Below, piece after piece: positions 18,229 through 28,634 of a stretch of DNA of 64,000 nt. Positions within the stretch are counted from its first letter, which is position 1. Each line of letters starts with the position of its first letter. A program made the translations under genes and the position numbers. The notes beneath the pieces are model-generated. The model was not told the DNA's origin. It saw nothing but the letters and a program-made list of their open reading frames with translations, and made no database searches. This stretch comes from Phycisphaerales bacterium (GTDB taxonomy: Bacteria > Planctomycetota > Phycisphaerae > WQYP01), in contig DAIDJN010000063.1 in the NCBI GenBank assembly GCA_027451365.1, positions 24,125 to 88,124 on the forward strand. Reading direction: 5' to 3'.

Positions 18229-19545
18229 ATGGACACTTCTACCCCCGGCATTTCCAGTCTTCCGACGACGGCAACTATTACATTCGCGGATAAGACACTG
18301 ACCTATCCGGTAGTGACCGGAACGGAAGGCGAGCGCGGCATAGATATTTCGCGTTTGCGCGCGGACACCGGCCTAATTACCCTCGACCAGGGCTACGGCA
18401 ATACCGGATCATGTCAAAGCGCGATCACTTACATTGATGGCGACCAGGGTATTCTGCGCTACCGCGGAATTCCGATAGAGGAATTTGCGAAAAGCCCGGA
18501 CTTTATTGAAGTGGCGTGGCTGCTTATTTTCGGTCGCCTGCCCAACGCGACGGAATCGACGCGGTTTCGCGCCCGGCTGACAGCCAATGCCCACCTGCAT
18601 GAGGCAATGAAACATACTTTTGAAGGCTTCCCGGCCACCGCTCCGCCCATGGCGATTACGTCCGCCATGATTAATACACTCGGCTGTTTTCATCCGGAAA
18701 TGTTTCTGATTCGGGATGAGGAGGTTTTTGAAGAGGCGGCCGCTCGCCTGATCAGCAAAATCCGAACGATAGCGGCATTCACCTATCGGCGGGTCAATGG
18801 ACTGCCATATATTTATCCAAATCCGAAACTGCGGTATTGCGACAACCTGCTGCACATGATGTTTTCCATGCCGTATGACCAGCGCGTGCCGGACCCGGAA
18901 ATTTCCCTGGCCATGAACCTGATTTTTATTCTTCACGCGGACCATGAACAGAACTGCTCCACCAGCACGGTGCGGATGGTCGGCAGCAGCAAGGCCAACC
19001 TGTTTGCCAGTTGCGCCGCCGGGGTCTGCGCCCTTTGGGGGCCGCTGCATGGCGGCGCGAACGTGGAAGTGCTTGAAATGCTGGGGCAGATTCATCAGGG
19101 CGGACTGACGGCTGAAAAATACATTGAAATGGCCAAGCAGAAGGGAAGCGGAACACGCCTGATGGGCTTCGGTCACCGTGTCTACAAGAATTACGACCCG
19201 CGTGCGAAAATGCTGCAAAGTGTATGCGAACGCGTGCTCAAAAAAATGAATTCCCGCGACCCCCTTCTGGACATTGCCCGCAAGCTGGAAGAACTGGCCC
19301 TGAAGGACCAGTATTTTATAGACCGCAAACTGTATCCGAATGTCGATTTCTACAGCGGCCTGATTATGCGCGCCGTCGGCATTCCCACCAACATGTTTAC
19401 CGTCATGTTCGCCATCGGACGCCTGCCGGGCTGGGTGGCCCATTGGAAAGAACAGCATGATGATGCGTCTTCCAAAATTGCCCGGCCACGACAGATTTAC
19501 ACCGGACCGGTGAACCGGCATTATGTGCCGATGGAATTGCGCTAA
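18229..19545 (+). CDS. gltA: Citrate synthase
   Basis: GYGNTGSCQSAITYIDGDQGILRYRGIPIEE and GFGHRVYKNYDPRA are citrate synthase signatures. The start is moved to the internal ATG (MDTSTPGISS). Confidence 0.9.
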   Translation: MDTSTPGISSLPTTATITFADKTLTYPVVTGTEGERGIDISRLRADTGLITLDQGYGNTGSCQSAITYIDGDQGILRYRGIPIEEFAKSPDFIEVAWLLIFGRLPNATESTRFRARLTANAHLHEAMKHTFEGFPATAPPMAITSAMINTLGCFHPEMFLIRDEEVFEEAAARLISKIRTIAAFTYRRVNGLPYIYPNPKLRYCDNLLHMMFSMPYDQRVPDPEISLAMNLIFILHADHEQNCSTSTVRMVGSSKANLFASCAAGVCALWGPLHGGANVEVLEMLGQIHQGGLTAEKYIEMAKQKGSGTRLMGFGHRVYKNYDPRAKMLQSVCERVLKKMNSRDPLLDIARKLEELALKDQYFIDRKLYPNVDFYSGLIMRAVGIPTNMFTVMFAIGRLPGWVAHWKEQHDDASSKIARPRQIYTGPVNRHYVPMELR

Positions 19546-19645
19546 GGTGCCGGCGCCATATTTGCGAAGCGGCACCGGTACGCTGTCGCGCCCGCAAATC
19601 GCAAATCAGGATTGACGGAGGGCTGGCCTTACTTGAGGAGCAGAC

Positions 19646-20608
19646 ATGCAATATCGGCGGTTGGGTGACGCGGGCGTGCGGCTTTCGGAAATCGGCCTTG
19701 GCGGCTGGCTTACCGTGGGCAACGCGCAGGAAATGGAACAGACCAGTGCCGTATTGAACAAGGCGTTTGAACTGGGCATTAATTTTCTGGACACCGCCAA
19801 CGTCTATGCCGGCGGCAAGGCCGAGGAAGTATGGGGACAGTTGCTGGCCCCGCGACGCCGCAGCGATTACGTTCTGGCCAGCAAAGTATTTTTCCCCATG
19901 GGGCCTGGCCCCAACGACCATGGCCTGTCGCGCAAACATATTTTTGAACAATGCCATGCCAGCCTCAAACGGCTGCGCACTGATTACATTGATCTGTACC
20001 AGTGCCACCGCTACGCCATTGCCGGCATTGACGATGGCGTCGGTCTGGAAGAAACCATTCGCGCGATGGATGACCTGATTCATCAGGGAAAGGTGCTGTA
20101 CTGGGGATTTTCCGAATGGCCTGTTGAAAAAATTGTAGAGGCGCTGGGCATCTGCGGCGACCGTTTTTACAAACCCAAAAGCAGTCAGCCGCGCTACAGC
20201 GCCATACAGCGGCATTGGGAAGAGCCGCTGTTTCCGCTCTGTCATGCCGCGGGCATCGGTCAGGTGGTATTTTCACCGCTGGCGCAGGGAATTTTGTCGG
20301 GCAAATACAAGCCGGGGCAGCCGCTGCCACCGGACAGCCGCGCCGCGGACGACCGTCAGAACCAGTTCATTAAACGAAACGTGGAGGACCAGGAACTGCT
20401 CAAGCGCGTAGCGCGGCTTGCGCCCATCGCCGCAAAGTTCAAGCTGACAATGTCGCAATTGGCGCTGGCGTGGGTGCTGCATCACCCGCAGGTCACCAGT
20501 TGCATTGTGGGCGCTTCGCGACCGTCACAGCTTGAAGAAAATGCCGCCGCCAGCGGAGTGGCATTGGATGATGCAACCGTCAATGAAATCAACACCATCC
20601 TGGGATAG
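19646..20608 (+). CDS. Aldo/keto reductase family oxidoreductase
   Basis: MQYRRLGDAGVRLSEIGLGGW...INFLDTANVYAGGKAEE is the AKR N-terminus; GAGGAG is upstream. Confidence 0.85.
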   Translation: MQYRRLGDAGVRLSEIGLGGWLTVGNAQEMEQTSAVLNKAFELGINFLDTANVYAGGKAEEVWGQLLAPRRRSDYVLASKVFFPMGPGPNDHGLSRKHIFEQCHASLKRLRTDYIDLYQCHRYAIAGIDDGVGLEETIRAMDDLIHQGKVLYWGFSEWPVEKIVEALGICGDRFYKPKSSQPRYSAIQRHWEEPLFPLCHAAGIGQVVFSPLAQGILSGKYKPGQPLPPDSRAADDRQNQFIKRNVEDQELLKRVARLAPIAAKFKLTMSQLALAWVLHHPQVTSCIVGASRPSQLEENAAASGVALDDATVNEINTILG

Positions 20609-21227
20609 GCCCCGTTGCGGCCGGCAACGCGGATCAGGTGAATTTAGAACAGGTCAGCAGGAGAGCGAATAAGGATGGGACAATAAAGCGGCTGTCGCCG
20701 AAACGCAACGCCGCGCCTGCGGTCTTTTTGGGGGTCGGGACTCTGGCCCGACAATCGTCAATCGCTTGGGGCGCGGGCGGCTTGCCGACCGCAGAAATCC
20801 TGATCTGAAATTTTAAATCCACACGCGCCATCCCCGGTCTACGCGTGCCCCAGCGTCCCCTGCGGCGAATTTTACGTCAACCTCCCGCGCGGTAAGGCAA
20901 GGCCCAAAAATGGGTTGCCCGCGTGCCGGACGCCATCTTCCGTTAACTCCGTGGCTCACTGATTAATTTCAGCCGGCGGCATAACGCATAGACATATGAT
21001 TATTTGGCTATTCATTTAAGAACGTGCCCCATGTGCCGCCCTATACGCTTATCCTTCAATATCTGAGTGAACGCCTGTGGTGCACGACCTGTCGGGCGGG
21101 ACGCCCGACCCCCAATCTTTGGGCCGCAGCAATGCAGAGGAGGTGAGCAGCAGAGCGGATAACGGGCGGGATGACTGTGCTTTAACAAAAGACAAGAATG
21201 TCTGTCTCACCGAGCCGGCGGAGGCAG

Positions 21228-21956
21228 TCAGCGGTTGAAGCGGTTGATTTCCCCCCAGCGTTCATGCCAGATGGTATAAAGGATTTTGACTCCAGCGGAA
21301 AAAACGCCGCGCAAGGTACCGGAAATTTTTGATTTTCCAATTCGCCGCCGGTAATCCACCGGAATTTCCAGGCAGCGCAAGCCCGCCTGGGCACAGCGAA
21401 TCTGCATTTGAATGGTCCAGCCGAAGTCGGGGTCATCCATCTTTAATAAAGCCAGACTGCGGGCGCCAATGGCGCGAAACGGACCAAGGTCTGTGTAACG
21501 GGCCTGCCAGATTGCGTGCATAAGCATACAGGCCAGCGCGCCACCAAGGCGCTGCTGGAGTGTAAGGGAACCGCGCTGGCGTTGGCCCAGAATCCGCGAG
21601 CCTGCGACAAAATCGGCGCGGTTTTCCACAATCGGCTTCACCAGTTGATCCATCCGGGCGGGATAATCGCTTAGGTCGCCATCCACAAAGACCACCACAT
21701 CAGGCCGGTCTGCGGCACCTATGCCGGCCAGGCACGCACTGCCATAGCCGCGGCGCGCGGCATGAACCACCCGTCCGCCATGCGCGACGGCCATATCCAC
21801 CGTGCGATCGGTCGAGCCGTTGTCACAGACAATAATTTCCGTCACCCAGCCGGGAATTTCATCTATGACCGCCCCAATCGAATGCTCTTCATTCAGTGCG
21901 GGAATCACCACTGAAATGCGGCAATCCGGCGGAAGCCAGGCGGGAAAGGACTCCAT
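21228..21956 (-). CDS. Family 2 glycosyltransferase (polyprenyl-phosphate sugar transferase-like)
   Basis: ISVVIPALNEEHSIGAVIDEI...IIVCDNGSTDRT...VFVDGDLSDYP are GT2 DxD-type motifs; about 240 aa, DPM1-like size. Confidence 0.8.
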   Translation of the reverse strand: MESFPAWLPPDCRISVVIPALNEEHSIGAVIDEIPGWVTEIIVCDNGSTDRTVDMAVAHGGRVVHAARRGYGSACLAGIGAADRPDVVVFVDGDLSDYPARMDQLVKPIVENRADFVAGSRILGQRQRGSLTLQQRLGGALACMLMHAIWQARYTDLGPFRAIGARSLALLKMDDPDFGWTIQMQIRCAQAGLRCLEIPVDYRRRIGKSKISGTLRGVFSAGVKILYTIWHERWGEINRFNR

Positions 21957-22016
21957 GAAAATGCTCTATTCGTATAATGGGGAGAGCGGCATACCGCGCA
22001 GGCGGCCCGCACAATC

Positions 22017-23807
22017 TTAGCCGGCTATGCTTCCTGCGGAATATTCGCGCGTCCGGGCATTGGCGATGGCTCGCTCAATTCCCGGCAGAACGTAGTCCTT
22101 GGCCACAACTTCCCAACTCATGCGCCGCGCCAGGGCATAACCCTGCTGAAGATTGGCTTCAAAATGCACCGGCTTGCGGGGCAGCCTGCGGAAAATTTCG
22201 TTGGCAATATCACCGGCGACCGCCGATTCAACAAGGTCGCGGGCCTTGCGGTCCATGTGCAGGAAATCCTCTATGCGTTCACCTTTTATTTCAGTGGAGA
22301 CGGTGTAATCAACCGGCAGCGCGTTTTCGGTTTCTCCACCGGCGGCATGGCGCACAAAGCCTGCGCAACCGCACAAAGATGTAAACACGCACAATCCACC
22401 AAAGGAAATCGGTTCCACCTGGGCAATGCCGAAAGGCTCATAAATGGACTGGCCAAATTCCACATCCGACCCGTGCCGGATATCCATAAATTCCATATCC
22501 TGCGGCATGCGTTCGCCGCAAACCCGCCAGTCAAACCCGAACTGATTGATATACACCACCTTGCAGTTTCGGCTGCGGGCGTTGAATTCCTGAACGCCGG
22601 CGTAAAAGGCGGCTTCACCACCGGTCAGATCCGGATAACCTTCGCGATGTGCCACGGGCCATTTGTAGCCGGATTCCATGTTGCGGATATCATCTCCGCG
22701 ACGCGCGGAAGTTTCGGTGGAAAGGACAAAAAGAACCGCCGAGCGGTTTTCATGGCGAAACAGCCGTTCGAGATGGTCCATCACTGTAATATCCCGCCAG
22801 AGGCCTTTGGAAAGCACCATTCGGGTAACATGGGTAAAAATATAATCCGGCCTGAAATCCAGCAGATTTTCGCAGTAATGCTGCAATCGGGTGCGGGAGG
22901 CCATCTTTTCCTCCAACGATATCTCAAATGACGGGACGCCGTTGTAAGCAAGGTCAATATTGCGGCTTTTAAAGGCCTGATCCAGAAAGCGGAATTCATC
23001 CGCGACGTAATCGCCCACGGCGAAAATGTTGTCGCAATATTTCGCGGCCACCACCAGCGGGGTCTTGTAGAATGAATTTTGAGACCCGAACACATCGGTG
23101 ACATATTTGTGCTGCTTCTGGGCCAGCCGCATGGCGTTGTAAAATGCGACATCATGACCGGGATGGGCTTCGACAATTCGGCGCATGGGGGCAACTTCAT
23201 GCGCATAAAAAATGGTCCGGAACTGCGCCGGCGCGTTAAGAATTGCCGCCAGCACGGTCGGCATTCCCATGTATTCGTGGGAAAAAATAATCGCAGGGTC
23301 CGGTCCGGAGCCGCAGCCCATGGCCAGTAGCGCATCAACCGCCGGTTCAGCGATGCGGCAATACTGTTCAAAATCCCAGATATGGTCGTACTGGTTGGAT
23401 TCTATTCCGAAACGCTCAAACAGGCGGAACTTGAATTTAGCCATGCGGGCTTCATCGTAGTGGCCTACACTGAAAAGAAGAACTTCCGGATGTGATTTGA
23501 CGCCCGTGAATTTGTCAAAAAAAACCTTGCGGCCATATACGATACTCACGTGGTAACGGCGTTCGACTTCCGAAAAAGCGGCAGCCAGCGGATGGCGCAC
23601 AATACCATCCATAGAGCTGTAAAGCACTTCACCACCATCACCCAGGCGCGATTCCGCCGGGCCATGGGTATCAAACAGCGGTCCAACGAGGATATCACGA
23701 TCGATCGCCTGGGAATAATTTTTGGCCGTCAGCAGCCCATGCAGAACCGCGCCGATTCCGCCAATTTTCTGTACCGCCTCATGGGTCACGTGCACAACAG
23801 TTTTCAT
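22017..23807 (-). CDS. Large glycosyltransferase, eukaryotic-type glycogen-synthase-like (GT3-like) family
   Basis: Internal start MKTVVHVTHEAVQKIGGIGAVL with AAGGA upstream; this resembles the GT3 N-terminal ...ANKVGGIYTVL box. Also AIIFSHEYMGMPTVLAAI and FYAHEVAPMRR, which resemble the GT3 HFHEW and TTHAT regions. The assignment rests on motif resemblance only. Confidence 0.5.
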   Translation of the reverse strand: MKTVVHVTHEAVQKIGGIGAVLHGLLTAKNYSQAIDRDILVGPLFDTHGPAESRLGDGGEVLYSSMDGIVRHPLAAAFSEVERRYHVSIVYGRKVFFDKFTGVKSHPEVLLFSVGHYDEARMAKFKFRLFERFGIESNQYDHIWDFEQYCRIAEPAVDALLAMGCGSGPDPAIIFSHEYMGMPTVLAAILNAPAQFRTIFYAHEVAPMRRIVEAHPGHDVAFYNAMRLAQKQHKYVTDVFGSQNSFYKTPLVVAAKYCDNIFAVGDYVADEFRFLDQAFKSRNIDLAYNGVPSFEISLEEKMASRTRLQHYCENLLDFRPDYIFTHVTRMVLSKGLWRDITVMDHLERLFRHENRSAVLFVLSTETSARRGDDIRNMESGYKWPVAHREGYPDLTGGEAAFYAGVQEFNARSRNCKVVYINQFGFDWRVCGERMPQDMEFMDIRHGSDVEFGQSIYEPFGIAQVEPISFGGLCVFTSLCGCAGFVRHAAGGETENALPVDYTVSTEIKGERIEDFLHMDRKARDLVESAVAGDIANEIFRRLPRKPVHFEANLQQGYALARRMSWEVVAKDYVLPGIERAIANARTREYSAGSIAG

Positions 23808-24511
23808 AGTGGGAATCCTTGTATCTTTCAGTTCCGGCAATTCACCGGAGCTTAGGCCATACCCTGCAACTTTACAAATCTTCCGGAAATGCCCGGACTA
23901 TGATGCCGCCTGCTTAAGGGGCAAAAGTTCCGAACCCGCCGAATGATTGTCCATGAATCGACCGGAATGCTCAACTGGCTATAAAGAATCCTCGGTAAAG
24001 CTCCGTGCCTGCTTGCTTCGGGAAGGCCCCTAAGCGGCAATTCGACGATATTTTTGTAATCGTCAGGCGCCGTGGTGTTCTGGCGATTAAAGAATCAGAA
24101 TCGCGGCTGTTTTATTTTTCTGGCAGGATGCCGCCAAAAAAAAGCCAGTCGGGCCAGACGCCCGCCGCCCAAAATCGGCCTGATGCAAAACTGGGCGCTA
24201 TGTCTGATTTTCGTGTGCAGCAAGCGCCTGAGTCTGTTGCGCCGGGAAATCGGTGTAGTCTCATTTCATGTTTTGGCTACAGCCACGCCATTTTCCCATC
24301 CTTCGTATGTGCCCAGGTTCCTACGCGCAATAGATGCAGGCACTGTGATTCCGGGGCAACGCTGGCGAGCGTTTCAGTTGGCAGTGTCGTAACGCGAAGG
24401 AAACTGATTTTTAGCAAAGCTGCTCGACCATAGCCCTGGCTATACCATGCAATTTTTCCCCTTCCCGAAATAAGCGGGCACACCCCGCGGTTTTATTTTG
24501 GTACTTTTATC

Positions 24512-24540
24512 TTGACATTACGGGTTTACCGGTTTAGCAT
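24512..24540 (+). promoter_or_regulatory. Sigma-70-like promoter candidate (TTGACA-N17-TAGCAT)
   Basis: Read directly in the sequence inside the 1.4 kb non-coding region, about 730 nt upstream of the DUF1559 gene. Promoter consensus for this lineage is uncertain. Confidence 0.25.
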
Positions 24541-25268
24541 GATTATCGGCGGTGATCTGGAAGAGGTTATTCCTTCCCGGTTTACCAAGGTTTTGCCAAC
24601 GTCTGGTGTTCGTTTTATTTTTGAACGCCGTTGTGTTGGCTGCCATCATTTTCCTTTTATTTCCCATGCAAGGCCGTTTCTATTGGCCAGTGCATCGGCT
24701 TTCGGTTCCCGCCAAGGTATGCCCGGCTGCCCGTTCTTATGAGCCAAACGGGCGATGCAGCATTCCTATCCGAATGTTCGCAAATATGCGAATCTTTGAT
24801 TCGATTTGCGAAATTAATTGGATATGGAAGCTCGGCGTACCCATCCGCTCGGCTGTTCGACGCCGTTTTTTCGCTGCATCCGCCTGATTATGGCTCTTCT
24901 CATTTTTCTTATTCCCATTCATGATGTTCGCGCCCATTGGCCGATACATGAACCGGGAGTTTGAGTAGCGACAGGAATGCAAGCGTCCGGCTTTGCGGAC
25001 GGGGCTGTTGTTGGGCCATGCGGCTCAGGCTTCCGTTTGAATTGCGGACTCATCACGTTTCGGTACGGCTATTTTGGGCAGTACGGTGTGTTACCGTCGG
25101 GCGGCGAAAGCCGCAGTTTGCCCAGCCGCCCCACCCGCACCGGGGAAACCCGGTATTTGATTCGCCGCGGTCTTATTATTATTTTGATTGCGGAATAATC
25201 AATCGCTCTTATTTTTTCGCCTGCACTCACGCACCAGGCCGCTTGCAGCTTTGAAGGAGGACATTCCC

Positions 25269-26264
25269 ATGAGGAATCGTCAGTTAAAACATCGAGGGTT
25301 CACCCTCATTGAGCTGCTGGTGGTTATCTCCATCATTGCACTGCTCATCGCCATTCTGCTGCCCAGCTTGGCACGTGCCAAGGAACTGGCTAACCGGGCG
25401 GTCTGCTCGGCCAATGTTCGCGGCATCATTCAGTCCATGGTGGTATATGCCCAGACCAACGGGAATGTGTTCCCGTGCGTACAGGGCGACGCCACAGCCG
25501 GTGCCTATCAGAAGCCCGAATTTATTGTTGCCGCAACCGCGACCACGCCGACTGCTGGCTCGCTGTTAAGCGCCACCTCTCCGGGGTACTATTCCACGAG
25601 TTCAGCGTCCGGCGGTGATGTGCTGGCCTGCATGTGGATTCTGGTACTGGAGAACCAGATCACTCCGAAAAGCTTCATTTGCCCGTCCGATCCGACGGCC
25701 ACATCCCCTTCGGAACAGTATTATCCCAATTCAACCAGCACCCCACCTTCGGTCTGGGCGAATTTCAACCAAGGCAGCGGCACCGCCGCCGTGGCATCCA
25801 CTGGCCAAGGCGAAAGCTATTCAATCGCCTTCCCGTGGTCTGATGGCGGCGCTTATGCCGGCGCAGCCCCATGGTGGAACGGCAACCAGGGTGCGGATGT
25901 TCCGCTGGTTTGCGATATGGCCCCGTACAGCACGGTTACCACCGGCACTGCGGCGCGTATAACCACCACGCCGCTGACCAACAACACCTATGGCCCGTAC
26001 ATTTTCAATTCGGGTAACCATGGTGGCGATGGCCAGAACGTCGGATTTGGTGACGATCACGTGGCCTTTGAAACCAACCCATATGTTGGCCAAAGCCAGG
26101 CGAACATCTTTACCACATACACCATTTCCAGCGGCCCGGCCACACAAACGGCAAGCCCCGGCTCCGGCTCGGCTATCTACACCACTACCAATTACTCGGC
26201 CACAGCGCCGTATGACATCATCATGGTGCCAGATCGCAACGTCGCAGCTGGTACCTGGCATTAA
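25269..26264 (+). CDS. DUF1559 / prepilin-type N-terminal cleavage-methylation domain protein (H-X9-DG family)
   Basis: [39 protein letters not shown] is a type IV pilin-like N-terminus characteristic of Planctomycetota DUF1559 proteins. GGAGG is upstream of the ATG at 25269. Confidence 0.85.
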   Translation: MRNRQLKHRGFTLIELLVVISIIALLIAILLPSLARAKELANRAVCSANVRGIIQSMVVYAQTNGNVFPCVQGDATAGAYQKPEFIVAATATTPTAGSLLSATSPGYYSTSSASGGDVLACMWILVLENQITPKSFICPSDPTATSPSEQYYPNSTSTPPSVWANFNQGSGTAAVASTGQGESYSIAFPWSDGGAYAGAAPWWNGNQGADVPLVCDMAPYSTVTTGTAARITTTPLTNNTYGPYIFNSGNHGGDGQNVGFGDDHVAFETNPYVGQSQANIFTTYTISSGPATQTASPGSGSAIYTTTNYSATAPYDIIMVPDRNVAAGTWH

Positions 26265-26337
26265 CCGGACGTTAGCCTGAACCGGTCGGGCACCGCCCGG
26301 CTGGCAAAGCCGACAGTCGGTTAAATTAGAATCCTTC

Positions 26338-26378
26338 GCGGCTCGTTTCGGTTCGCCGAAACGAGCCGCTTTCTTTTT
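26338..26378 (+). terminator. Strong rho-independent terminator after the DUF1559 gene
   Basis: GCGGCTCGTTTCGG-ttcg-CCGAAACGAGCCGC is a perfect 14-bp stem, followed by TTTCTTTTT. Confidence 0.8.
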
Positions 26379-26448
26379 ATCCCATTTTTTTGGGTGGCGC
26401 ATTGGGCATTTGCATTTAGGCGTATGCGTTCCACCTGCCTTGCGCCAC

Positions 26449-26660
26449 AGATTTGTGGTTCGTGGTTTGTGGTGCGGGCGTCTCGCCTGCCGTCCATATA
26501 ATTCTAACCAGCAGGCAAGATGCCTGCACCACAAATGAACGGCCTGCAACACAAAGGAGCGGATTGCATCACAGACCTGCTGATTGTGGATTGTGGTTTG
26601 TGGTGCGGGCGTCTCGCCTGCCGTCCATACAACTTTAACCAGCAGGCAAGATGCCTGCAT
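26449..26660. repeat. Two tandem copies of an ~80-bp element (26449..26528 and 26581..26660) with internal dyad symmetries
   Basis: About 93% identity by eye between the copies. Each contains GCCTGC-N20-GCAGGC and CAGGCA-aga-TGCCTG hairpins plus TGTGG repeats. Copy 1 is flanked by TTGTGGTGC...GCACCACAA. Copy 2 ends 24 nt before the rluA-family start. Confidence 0.7.
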
Positions 26661-26683
26661 TCAACCACCTGGGAGAAACTCAA

Positions 26684-27505
26684 ATGGCAGCCATGCGTTA
26701 TCCGCGAACAGACAAACAGGATCAGCCCGCCGTTATAAAGCCCAATCCGGCCGTGCAATTAAACATTCTGCATGAGGATGGAGATATTCTGGTGGTTTAC
26801 AAGCCGGCGGGATTGGTTTCGCAACCCGGCCTTGGCCACACCACTGACGCCTTGCTTAACGGCCTGTTTGCGACCCATGGCAATCTGTTGCGAAACATGG
26901 GCGCGGCGCGCGACTGGGGCATGCTGCATCGGCTGGACAAGCCCACCAGCGGACTGCTGGTGGTGGCCCTGCGTCCGAAGGCGTATGACCTGTTGCGTGC
27001 TGAATTTGAACAGCGACGCGTGGTGAAGGAATATCTGGCTTTGGTGCGCGGCAAGCCGGTTCCGCCGCAGGGCGTCATTCAGGCCCGCCTGAAAGAAGTT
27101 CTGGCCACCGTGAAAAAGGTCATCATATCCCGTGCCGGACAAGAGGCGATTTCCGCCTATCAGGTCATTTCTGGAAATGAATTCGCATCGCTGGTAAGCA
27201 TAAAAATTAAAACTGGCCGCCTGCATCAGATACGCGCCCACATGATGTTTCTGGGGAACCCTGTGCTGGGCGACGACCTGTACGGAATAAATACGAAGCC
27301 CCCCACCAAAGCGCCTGGTGTGCCGCGGCTGTGCCTGCATTGCCTGAAACTGGGCTTTCGCCATCCAGTGCGGAATACCTGGATCGAATTCACCGCGCCG
27401 TTACCGCCAGACCTGGCCGCAACCGCGAAAAAATTCAATCTGACCGTACCAACGGAATATTTACCAAAGGCCGCCCCCGCGGCAAAGCCGACCGCGGTTG
27501 AATGA
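26684..27505 (+). CDS. RluA-family pseudouridine synthase
   Basis: ILHEDGDILVVYKPAGLVSQPG...HRLDKPTSGLLVVA is the RluA catalytic-Asp motif. GGAGA is upstream of the ATG at 26684. The ORF-track start lies inside the repeat. Confidence 0.85.
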   Translation: MAAMRYPRTDKQDQPAVIKPNPAVQLNILHEDGDILVVYKPAGLVSQPGLGHTTDALLNGLFATHGNLLRNMGAARDWGMLHRLDKPTSGLLVVALRPKAYDLLRAEFEQRRVVKEYLALVRGKPVPPQGVIQARLKEVLATVKKVIISRAGQEAISAYQVISGNEFASLVSIKIKTGRLHQIRAHMMFLGNPVLGDDLYGINTKPPTKAPGVPRLCLHCLKLGFRHPVRNTWIEFTAPLPPDLAATAKKFNLTVPTEYLPKAAPAAKPTAVE

Positions 27506-27800
27506 GCCTTAGGCGATCTTTCCATCGACTGCGTCAGCGGCTTTGTGACTCCGCTACCGTCCCGCTTGCCAGCGGCTAAAAGGATTACTTTGCCGGACGG
27601 GCAAATATCCGCTGAAAATTAAATTTATTGATCATTGACAAAGTATTGTTCACCGCAGAGGACACAGAGTAACGCAGTGGTTAAATATTGAGGGGCTTTA
27701 CGATTGGCACCCGCACCCTTGCGAATATTGCGCCATAGCGAGCGGGCATGACATTCATTCGGCTTAACCGGATAGTCAAGCCTTACGGCATCATGGTCGT

Positions 27801-28634
27801 TCAACCTTCCCCGCCACGGTTGCGATACCCAAGAAGTTCTCGCGAATCAAGATCGTCGGGCGGAACGAGTCTGTAATGTCTTTCTGAAAGCAGCCGAATC
27901 GATTTCGCTGGCCCATTATGTTGCTCTTCAAATAAAAACATTGCGATTAAACCATTTAGCGTAAATTGCGCTGCAATCGGGTGGCATATTAACGAAGAAA
28001 ACTTGTCGCGGCACATCGCGATATCTTGCTCAATCTGGACAATATTGATATAGTCCCGACCGCTTTTGGCCTGAACGGGTAAAATATAATGAACTCCCCG
28101 TTTATCTACACCAATATAAACGTCATCTGTTTCCACCTGCCCGATTCCTGGTACCGTGGTTCGCAGATGACTTTGCAGCGATTGGCAAGTAAGTCCGGTA
28201 AAAATATCAACCAGACGGTTGTATCGTAACTTCGCCAGGAGGGCCTGTTCATCGGAAAGCGCGTACATGTCAATAATGCCGGGCGTTGAATCAGGAATTT
28301 TTGTTTCCGCAAGGTTCGCATTTGGGGTAACCACCGATAGGCTCACGGCAACAAAGCGGTATCGCGATTTCCCGTTGGGGCGAATAATCCAGTGGCGGCC
28401 AGTCGGTGCCCGCTGCCGAATTGTCTTAGGCAGCTGGACCCGATAGCGGAATGTATAAATTAAATCGCCGAGGTTTTTCGGCAGACGAACACCCAATGAT
28501 TTCGCGGCGCTCTCAATGTCGGTTCTGTGGAACTCAACCGTTTCGACGCCGGGCTTGAAACGCTCGAGGAAAATCCTTTCGATCAACTTCGTATACAGAT
28601 TGGCCGCGGTCGAAACTTTGCGATTTTCAATCAT
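27801..28634 (-). CDS. Putative Type II restriction endonuclease (cognate of the adjacent methyltransferase)
   Basis: No recognisable family by eye. Its ATG overlaps the methyltransferase stop in an ATGA arrangement, on the same strand directly downstream of the MTase. The region is markedly AT-richer than the flanks. Confidence 0.5.
   Translation of the reverse strand: MIENRKVSTAANLYTKLIERIFLERFKPGVETVEFHRTDIESAAKSLGVRLPKNLGDLIYTFRYRVQLPKTIRQRAPTGRHWIIRPNGKSRYRFVAVSLSVVTPNANLAETKIPDSTPGIIDMYALSDEQALLAKLRYNRLVDIFTGLTCQSLQSHLRTTVPGIGQVETDDVYIGVDKRGVHYILPVQAKSGRDYINIVQIEQDIAMCRDKFSSLICHPIAAQFTLNGLIAMFLFEEQHNGPAKSIRLLSERHYRLVPPDDLDSRELLGYRNRGGEG

Noticed and set aside
25821-26660. 279-aa minus-strand ORF overlapping the DUF1559 gene and the tandem repeat
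   Set aside because: It is antisense to the DUF1559 gene, which has a textbook pilin-like N-terminus. It crosses a strong terminator hairpin and the repeat element.
26449-26660. Possible CRISPR array
   Set aside because: There are only two repeat copies. The units are 80 bp with about 52-bp separation and internal nested palindromes, unlike 24-48-bp CRISPR repeats with unique spacers. No cas genes are in the window.
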